Shown here: positions 56,776 through 64,000 of the stretch, piece after piece
Layout: the number at the start of each line of letters is the position of its first letter
How positions within the stretch are numbered: the stretch's first letter is position 1
Source: a virus
Taxonomy: Duplodnaviria > Caudoviricetes
Reading direction: 5' to 3' (one strand)
IMG/VR virus record: IMGVR_UViG_3300028591_000130
Span: 40,761-104,760 of that record
Length of the DNA stretch: 64,000 nucleotides
The notes under the pieces: model-generated
Database searches by the model: none
Told to the model about the DNA's origin: nothing
Seen by the model: the letters and a program-made list of their open reading frames with translations, nothing else
Position numbers and translations under genes: made by a program

Positions 56776-58013
56776 CTGCCACATAGGTTTTCCTGTTACC
56801 GGATCTGGACCGGTAGGTGCTGCCCAGCAAGAAAACGGATCTATGCCACAGTTCTCTACACTTGTAGTTCTTTCGTTGCCAAGGTTAGAAGGGTTTTGGG
56901 TACCAAACTCAAGGTGAAGATGTATAGATCCGGGGCTGCCTGTATCACCCATAATACCAATATCTTGTCCTTTTGTAACTTCGTCACCTTCGTTAACAAG
57001 CACTCTTCTGCAGTGTAAATATCTGCTAAAGGTACCGTCATAGTGTGCGACATAGATTGCGTTACACCATGACTCTAACCCTGCGTAAATAACTTTGCCG
57101 TCTTTAACAGCACAAAACGAGTAATTTTTGTCAGGACGTTCGTTACAGTCAGCAGTACAAAGATCTACACCTTCATGTTCGTAATATCCCCTACTGTTTC
57201 GCCTTGGTTCTCTAAACGGCGCAGTCATAACTACCATCTTTTCTGCGTCATCATTCATAGCTGCTTCAGTGAACGGGAAGCCCCATTCAGGACCATCGAA
57301 TTTTGTAGTCTTTATGCTGTTTACCATACCGGCAGTAAGGTAACAGATAGCAGGATACAAAGATAACCCGTTAGTGCTGCTTGTACCTTCTTTTTCAATG
57401 CCTTTCTTGATCTTTTCTGCAGCTTCAGTCCAAGTAACATTATCTGCGTCAGGCTTGTTGACTGCAGGTTGTGTGTCGGTAGTACTGCTGCTGCCTCCTG
57501 TAGTTGTAGAGTCACCTTCAAGATAAGCATCAAGAGTACCGTCAATGTACATTTTAACAATATTCTCACTGGTATTCATTGCTGTCCAAACAAGGGCAGG
57601 ATTTTTGGTGCCTAACCTTTGTGCTATCGCACGATATTTAGTTATGATATCAGCGTAATTCTCGTTATTGTTCATTGCAGTACCGGCTGCAATAACTGAC
57701 ATAACGTCTAGGTCATCGCTATTACCAATTAACTTTCTAACTTCGTCACTATGATTAGTGTAATTAGTAATAGCAAGATCAAGTTTTTGTTCAGCAATAG
57801 CTTTGCCATCGTCAATGTAGCTTCTTAACTCTGTTCCACTATAGCTGTCCATTGCTTGTTTATTTTTAATGTTAGTGTTTGCAACAGCCACAGATCCGTT
57901 AGAAGAAGCAGTTATGCCGGAACCACTGCCGCCTGATCCTGAACTGTAATTTGCCGCAATGTCCTGCCAACTTGCAAGACGACCTAATCGTGAGCCGTCG
58001 TCATCGATCGCCT
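56770..58013 (-). CDS. Exon 3 of the split Cys-rich/M23 peptidase gene (M23 domain)
   Basis: HEGVD, YLH, HLHLE M23 motifs; frame is open from the group II 3' splice site at 58013. Confidence 0.85.
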
Positions 58014-60791
58014 ATGTCCATAGGTAAGGGTTTGAAGTTATCTCCCCCTTTTCCCCGGACCCACACCGGACATAAGATTTTCACCTTATCCGGCGTTCCC
58101 CCTATGCTTACTTTCTTTTATAACGATAGTTCTGATTTTTCAAGTTTTCCTTTTCTTGCTAATTCTTCTTGTTGCGTATACTACAGATGGTTCACATATA
58201 CTTCTAAGTTTATTCACTTTGGCTATCATTTTGGAATCAAGATTACATTCCTTTGTTAACCTTTCTATTGTTTCTTCATTAGTACTGTGTATCAGCAAAT
58301 GAATCTTTTCTTCTACACAAACTAAGTTACTGTATTCGTCTGTACCTCCAAGCTTCAACGGGGTTTTATGGTGACAGTGAATCTCTTCAGGGCTGACGAA
58401 TTCTCTACCTGTTATTGCGCATTTGCCGTGTTGATTGACGTAGCAACTGAGTTTGTTGTTTTGATATTCGATGCTTCTATCTCCGCTTCCCATATTAACT
58501 TCTGCTAGCCATTCAAGTTCATTAAGGTCTATTTCCTTATGAATAAGATATCTACCTTCTTCACTGAATGCGCATATATGTCTATTTAGCGGTTTCGGAT
58601 ACTCACACTGAACATAAGCTATCGGATATAGCGGTTCTCCGCTAGACTTTTCAAATCGTAACATTTTACTTTGTCCAAATCTTCTAGCTTCCGACCTTGT
58701 AAGTTCTCTACCCATTTTGTCTAGTCTTCCTTTTCTTTTAACACTTTTCAACTTTATCAACATAGCATTGTTTATTTGATATCCTATTTCTCTACAATCT
58801 ATATTGACCATAGTTGCATATCTGTAATAATTTTGGAACCCTATGACTTTTCGGTTAAACTCAGCTACCCTTTTCCTAGCTTGTCTTGGATCTCTACTGT
58901 GTGATATCAGTTCTAGCATAAATTTCAGCTTTTGCTTAATTCTAGCCTTTGCCTTCTTACAGATCCAAGTTCTTGCTATGTAACTTTTACCTTTTGCTAC
59001 TGCCTTAAAGATGAACCCAAGAAATTCGATCCCCTTTTCTTTTAGATTCACGATTATACTTTTTTCTTCTGATATTTCTAGTTTTAGGTTTCTCTTTAGG
59101 AAGTTTTTACACGCTATTAATATTCTTCGACATTCTTCATTATTCTTTCCGAAGATAATTACGTCGTCGGCATATCTAACGTGATACATTTCTTTAAGAT
59201 TACCTTTACGCATTTTCTTGTAACTTTCACCTTTATGCAGTACTCCCGGTTTTACTTCCCTAGCTTTCCTTATCGCACGCGGGTTATTTATCCATTGCCT
59301 TTCTATCCATTTATCAAATTCGTCTAGTACTATATTAGCTAAGAGTGGTGAGATTATTCCTCCTTGCGGCGTTCCTTTTGTATTCTCAATCAGTTCTCCG
59401 TTTGGAAGTTTAATCTTTGCTTTCAGAATCTGTCTTATGATATAGATTAGCTTTTTATCCCTGATACCGTATGACCAAATTCTCTTAATGAGTCTACTAT
59501 GGTTTACGTTATCAAAGAACTTTGTAATGTCAATCTTTATTCCATAGTACATATGACTTTTGTTTATTCTATAGTTTACGTCTGCAACTGCGTGTTGTGC
59601 ACTATGACAAGTTCTAAACCCGTGACTGTATCTGCTAAATTTTGCTTCACAAATAGGTTCCATTACTTGATATATGCACTGTTGAATTAATCTGTCCCAT
59701 ATACTAGGAATGCCTAGCGGTCTAAGATCTCCATTCTCTTTAGGAATTTCAAATCTTCTTACTGCTTTAGGCTTATAGCCCGCTTTACTTAATGTAAGGT
59801 TTTTAACTTTGTCAATCACTTCCGACATAGTCATTTCCTTTATGTCGTCAATAGTTTCTCCGTCTGTTCCTTCCGTAGAACTTCCTTTGTTACTCTTGAC
59901 ATTTCTGTATGCTAGCCTAATGTTATTGTCTGAGAAGATCAGTCCTGTTAGGTTTTCAAAGTTGTCACCGATGCTGCTTCTGTAATGAAGCATATCGAAT
60001 ACTTCCAGCATACCTTCAATCTCCGCGTTCCTAATGTTAGCCTTAATGTTTTCTCTTCCGTATTCGTTTACCATAGGGCGACACCTCCGTGTTCCTTTTG
60101 AAATTCCTTCGCCTATCTCTAGGTTACTATTATCCCTATGTAGCTAATAATTCTTGTAAGCATAGGCTTGAGTTCATTACTACTTCTCACATTATATGAG
60201 ATATCAACGCTTCGATCTCTACTTTTCAGCAGGGATTAAGAGTGCTTATTTTCTTCGTCACTCAACTTCTTTTTTTCCCGTTCCCTACCTTTCAACGTTC
60301 CTATATACTTATCACTTGTGTCCTTAGGACCCGAATATAAGCCTGCTAACTTGATACTGCCCGCTTCTTTCGATTCGCAGTATAGGGAATTTCATAGGCG
60401 ACATTATTACTTTACCCCATTAGCCCTATTTACATAGTAAATGCCCATTCGACAATTTCTAACTTTTAGACCCTTTAATTTCTCCGGTTCGTCAACCTTT
60501 TACGGTATACTATCCATAGACACATTATACGACTTCCGGCCTATCAGTAACAAACGTACCGCTACGTTCTTTTCCACTCTCATACTTTGTTAGTATTGTA
60601 GGGTTACCTTCAGCCGACTTTATCCCGCTTCACACAATTTAGCTTTCGCTTATAACTGCGTGGGGAAGTCTCAAAGTTAGCCTTTCAGGACGTTACTCCT
60701 TCATTCGACTAATCAGTATACAAGTTGTACCTAATTTCTTAGGCCGCGCAATCCCCAAGTATTTCTACTCTTTCTGCGCAACATTTCGCAC
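58014..60791 (-). mobile_element. Group II intron (2778 nt, probably bacterial class B)
   Basis: 5' GTGCG at 60791; domain V ACGCCGGATAAGGTGAAAATCTTATGTCCGGTGT (58096-58063); domain VI ending ACCTATGGACAT at 58014. Excision restores the frame (NWR-Q-AIDDDG). Confidence 0.93.
58140..60074 (-). CDS. ltrA: Group II intron reverse transcriptase/maturase with HNH endonuclease
   Basis: RPLGIP..WDR, GTPQGGIISPLLANI, RYADD, FLGF, domain X, CAITG...HCHH...N...H. Confidence 0.95.
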   Translation of the reverse strand: MVNEYGRENIKANIRNAEIEGMLEVFDMLHYRSSIGDNFENLTGLIFSDNNIRLAYRNVKSNKGSSTEGTDGETIDDIKEMTMSEVIDKVKNLTLSKAGYKPKAVRRFEIPKENGDLRPLGIPSIWDRLIQQCIYQVMEPICEAKFSRYSHGFRTCHSAQHAVADVNYRINKSHMYYGIKIDITKFFDNVNHSRLIKRIWSYGIRDKKLIYIIRQILKAKIKLPNGELIENTKGTPQGGIISPLLANIVLDEFDKWIERQWINNPRAIRKAREVKPGVLHKGESYKKMRKGNLKEMYHVRYADDVIIFGKNNEECRRILIACKNFLKRNLKLEISEEKSIIVNLKEKGIEFLGFIFKAVAKGKSYIARTWICKKAKARIKQKLKFMLELISHSRDPRQARKRVAEFNRKVIGFQNYYRYATMVNIDCREIGYQINNAMLIKLKSVKRKGRLDKMGRELTRSEARRFGQSKMLRFEKSSGEPLYPIAYVQCEYPKPLNRHICAFSEEGRYLIHKEIDLNELEWLAEVNMGSGDRSIEYQNNKLSCYVNQHGKCAITGREFVSPEEIHCHHKTPLKLGGTDEYSNLVCVEEKIHLLIHSTNEETIERLTKECNLDSKMIAKVNKLRSICEPSVVYATRRISKKRKT

Positions 60792-61170
60792 GCCTCCAGT
60801 TAATATGCGGCTTTTGTTCTTCAAGTGGTACTAACGACCAATTCATAACAATACCAGGGCCCCATATATCGTTAAGACCTGCAGCGTCATTACCTTGATC
60901 TTTTAGTACCTTAGTCAAATCTATCTTACCACTTTTAGGTTGATTAACGTATTCTTCTACTCTGGACATTCTAACGTATTCTTCGTTATTCGTGTATGAC
61001 ATTTGTAGATCATCTAACACTTGCGCTACGTTGACACCGATATCATTCATACATTCGTATACCTGACCAAATATAGGCTCAAAACGTGTACAACAAAGGC
61101 ACTGATCAATTTGTACCAGAGCAGCATCGCCAACGCGATCATCTTTCATACAACGGATACAACGATATTT
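60792..61170 (-). CDS. Exon 2 of the split gene
   Basis: KYRCIRCMKDDR...KPHINWR between the group I terminal G (61171) and the group II GTGCG. Confidence 0.8.
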
Positions 61171-61446
61171 CAGTTTTGTTATCGTAAGGCTTTTTATCCT
61201 TACTTCTACATCATTACAATGTAGCTCGGCGTACCTTTTTACGTAATATATAACTTTTTACAAGTTACTTGTTACAACGTAACGCGGACTCTTGGATCTA
61301 TTATTTCAAGATCTACGCTCTGCCCCTGACTATCCAGTTGTGGATATCACTGTGTCACCACAGTTTAGTTTACTGTTAAACGCCTTCGGTTCGGGTTGCC
61401 TGACACTGTAAAAGTATCGTTACGGCTTTCCTGCTTAATTCCGCGT

Positions 61447-62472
61447 TCATACTCCAAAGTCTTCTGTAACATTTGACTTTGGACGAGTTATGATTTGGCT
61501 GAATATGTCATGTTTTCTGTCAAGATAGATAGTTGCTTCATCATATAAAAACCTGTAAATATCTTGAAGTCTATATACTCCACTGTACGCTATTGCTTGA
61601 GTATTAATGTTCCAACTTTTTTGATGTATCCTTTTAGTTGGTTTTTGGTTATGACAGTGAGATAATAAGATACTTTCATAAACATCTAAGAAAGCAGGAG
61701 TTCCTAATACCTGAAATACGCTATTATAAATACGACTTTTTACATTAACGTATCCGTCACCGTCAAAATAACCGCGCATAAAATGGTTCCTATACTGTTT
61801 AGGAAGCTGTTCTTCAGATGGAAAAGTTAAAACTAAAGACTTCTTTTGTACACATCCTAAACGTATTAAGTCATTAGTGACTTTTATTGAACAAACATTT
61901 AAGCTATAAGCATTGACTCTTTTTTCAAAACGTAATGGAATATGTCCTTCAATATTATGTAAAAACTTTTCAAGATGCAGTTTATCAGAAGCTTTCAAAG
62001 TAATTACCAAGACACCACGCTCTGCAACATATCCATCAGCATAAATAAACCCTAACCAATACGCTTGATCTTCTGAAGATATTTTAGAGAAATAGTTTTC
62101 ATTAAATAAATATTTTCTGTTTTTCTGAATACCATTATCATCTCTAGCGCCAGTATTTATGCCTTTAGCAAATAATGCTTGATATACATAATGTGTGCTA
62201 ATACCAAGCTCATCAGCGACCTTACGTATTGAATAATATTGATTATAAGAGTCTGCTACTGCATCTGCAACTTTTAGCACCTTTGGACTAGGTGACATTA
62301 ATTGATATTTGTGTAAGATATTTAAAATGCCATGCTTGCTTAAGCCGAAAGTTTGAACAAGTTCAGCAACTTTACTGCCTTGCCGAAAAGCGTTACAGAT
62401 TTTTTGATCACGTTTTTGAATATCATTATCTTGACTATTTGTATCTATAACCAGTGAAATATTTTCAGACAT
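61447..62472 (-). CDS. LAGLIDADG homing endonuclease with N-terminal HTHs
   Basis: YWLGFIYADGYV and HFMRGYFDGDGYV; ATG 62472 after GGGAGG. Confidence 0.9.
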   Translation of the reverse strand: MSENISLVIDTNSQDNDIQKRDQKICNAFRQGSKVAELVQTFGLSKHGILNILHKYQLMSPSPKVLKVADAVADSYNQYYSIRKVADELGISTHYVYQALFAKGINTGARDDNGIQKNRKYLFNENYFSKISSEDQAYWLGFIYADGYVAERGVLVITLKASDKLHLEKFLHNIEGHIPLRFEKRVNAYSLNVCSIKVTNDLIRLGCVQKKSLVLTFPSEEQLPKQYRNHFMRGYFDGDGYVNVKSRIYNSVFQVLGTPAFLDVYESILLSHCHNQKPTKRIHQKSWNINTQAIAYSGVYRLQDIYRFLYDEATIYLDRKHDIFSQIITRPKSNVTEDFGV

Positions 62473-62496
62473 ATTGTCTTCCTCCCTCTTCATCTG

Positions 62497-62526
62497 ATTA
62501 TAGCTTACAATACATTACATTGTCAA
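62497..62526 (-). promoter_or_regulatory. Intron-internal SigA-type promoter for the endonuclease
   Basis: TTGACA-18 nt-TATAAT. Confidence 0.8.
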
Positions 62527-62535
62527 CCCTTCATT

Positions 62536-63471
62536 CTCAAATGTCGTTTGCCCACCGTAGTAGTGACAATTTATCATTACTCGTGCACCCATACGAAAGA
62601 GATATCTTGAGAACGTTGAAATATTATTTTCGATACGAACCAAGCGTTTTTCGATAGCGTCACATTGGCTGACAACTGCCTTAGCAGCTTGTAAACCGTG
62701 ATTGTGAGTGTCTAACGTGTAGATCTTTACTCTTGGTAAATGTGTTTCAAATTCTTCTATTTTTTGATCTACGGGAAATGGATCTCTGTTCTGCGGCGGC
62801 TTGCCTGAGTTTGGTTCTTTGAAGTCATTCTTAAAGGTTTTAAAGTTAAGAAGGTGTTGTCTTGCACGGATAGTAGTAGCGTTACCTAAGATTGACGAAA
62901 GTTCTGCACCGCCTACGGATCCTTGAAGTTGTGATATCACCTCAGCATTATCCGTACCGTACAGAGTTTCGTTGATTCTCTTCATAGCTGCCGCAAGATT
63001 ATTAGCTTTAGCTATAGCTTCAGCGTTAGCTTGTTTTGTCTCTTCAGCTATCCTTTTATCGTAAGCTTCCTTAGCTTTTTGTAAGGCTTCGTCACTTGCG
63101 TAATAGACACCGTCAACTACTCTTTCGGGGTGTTGTGCAGCAAGAGCAGCGTTACGTACCTTCTCTTCTTCAGTCATAGTATTCTTGGCTATAGCTGTTG
63201 TAACTTCGTTAGTAGGTGTCATTGCCTTATATTGTTCAAGAATTTCTTCTCCAGCTTTGATCTGTTTTTCTATTTCTGTTTGTGTAGATTGTGTCCTTGT
63301 GATATCAGCGTTAATACTTTCTTCTGTATCATTCATTGTCCAGTTAGTAGGATCCTTAAGTTTCTCTCTTAGTGCGCCAATGCTGCTTGTAGCGTCAGAA
63401 GACATTTTTCTTAACCTTAACAGTTCTTCTTCAATTTCTGTAATCTTAGCTGTAAGCTCAGTTTGGGTCAT
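62536..63471 (-). CDS. Exon 1 of the split gene (coiled-coil N-terminus)
   Basis: ORF ends ...INCHYYGGQTTFE just before the intron promoter. Confidence 0.78.
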
Positions 63472-63492
63472 GATATCACCGCCTTCTGTGAT

Positions 63493-64000
63493 TTATGGCT
63501 TAGGAGTTGCTCCAGATTGTCCCGATACAGTAGTTGTATTGTAAGCTTCCTTATATCTCAATACGTAAGTCCAAGAACGCCCTTCAATACGATAATAATC
63601 TATTTCTTCACCTTGATCGCCTGTTTCAGGACTTCCTTGTCCACTATTAACACCTGACGCTTCTACTGTTCTGTTACTCTCTATAGCTATGGCTGCGTGA
63701 TGCCCTTCTCTTATTAGGATATCGCCACGTAAGATATTTCTGCTAACGTCAGCGTAATTATAACGCTCCCATCCACCAAGAGATTCAAGTGCGTTCCAGA
63801 TACTGTCAGCGTCACAAGGATAGCCGCCGTTGGCTTCAATAACCTTAAAGCCCCCTGCGTCAAGTGCGTAAGAGACAAAAGAAGAGCAGTCATAATCAGG
63901 ACCTGTTCTGTTATCTTGAGAATAGCCATGACTTTGATCATCTGCTATACTTTGTGCCCATGATATCATTGCTTCTATACTGGCGATAACAGAGTAAGAA
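63493..64000 (-). CDS. NlpC/P60-type peptidoglycan hydrolase domain protein (5'-truncated)
   Basis: GYSQ..R.GPDYDCSSFV, RGDILI..GHHAA; frame is open to the window end. Confidence 0.85.
   Translation of the reverse strand, partial: SYSVIASIEAMISWAQSIADDQSHGYSQDNRTGPDYDCSSFVSYALDAGGFKVIEANGGYPCDADSIWNALESLGGWERYNYADVSRNILRGDILIREGHHAAIAIESNRTVEASGVNSGQGSPETGDQGEEIDYYRIEGRSWTYVLRYKEAYNTTTVSGQSGATPKP

Larger units (their letters stand above)
61171..62535 (-). mobile_element. Group I intron with homing endonuclease (5' boundary uncertain by one codon either way)
   Basis: P3 AACGCGGA/TCCGCGTT; P7 GAGCGTA/TACGCC; P7.1 GATCT/AGATC; P9 hairpins; terminal G at 61171 is in frame with exon 2. Confidence 0.8.
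1..64000. mobile_element. Segment of a large tailed bacteriophage genome (likely Bacillota host)
   Basis: Dense co-oriented ORFs: fibre/structural block, phage-type replisome, sigma factor, holin/lysins, self-splicing introns. GGAGG-type RBSs; no host housekeeping operons. Confidence 0.93.

Noticed and set aside
58140-60074. RT as a diversity-generating retroelement, retron or Abi RT
   Set aside because: It has maturase and HNH domains, with group II domains V/VI and a GTGCG boundary. No TR/VR repeat pair was noticed.
60739-61149. Standalone 136-aa gene as given in the ORF track
   Set aside because: No RBS; its 3' end runs into the group II intron, so it is better explained as an internal exon
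1-64000. Stop-codon reassignment (TGA or TAG recoding)
   Set aside because: Long ORFs are intact under code 11 and many genes end in TGA next to the following start. Only one internal TGA (41617) was seen.

Overview
The whole window reads as a segment of a large tailed phage genome, probably infecting a Firmicute (Bacillota). No host housekeeping operons, rRNA, tRNA or CRISPR were seen. Layout: (1) 1-37.7 kb, + strand: a long run of putative virion/tail-fibre/baseplate genes built from shared modules, with a holin-like gene. (2) 37.7-51.5 kb, + strand: replication and transcription genes (AEP primase, DnaB-like helicase, nucleases, sigma factor, RecJ, Tmk, DnaE). (3) 51.6-55 kb: lysis and accessory genes (M15 peptidase, EF-hand holin-like protein, GH25 lysin). 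(4) 55-64 kb, - strand: a two-gene cassette, an NlpC/P60-type hydrolase, and one ~852-aa Cys-rich M23-peptidase gene split into three exons. The splitting elements are a group I intron (LAGLIDADG endonuclease, own promoter, apparently non-canonical 5' splice site) and a group II intron (RT/maturase/HNH). Removing both restores an open reading frame. Other notable signals: strong over-representation of the palindrome GATATC, several enzyme folds lacking catalytic residues, a 7-repeat protein and a 60-bp near-perfect palindrome. All product calls come from motifs recognised by eye; no database searches were run.
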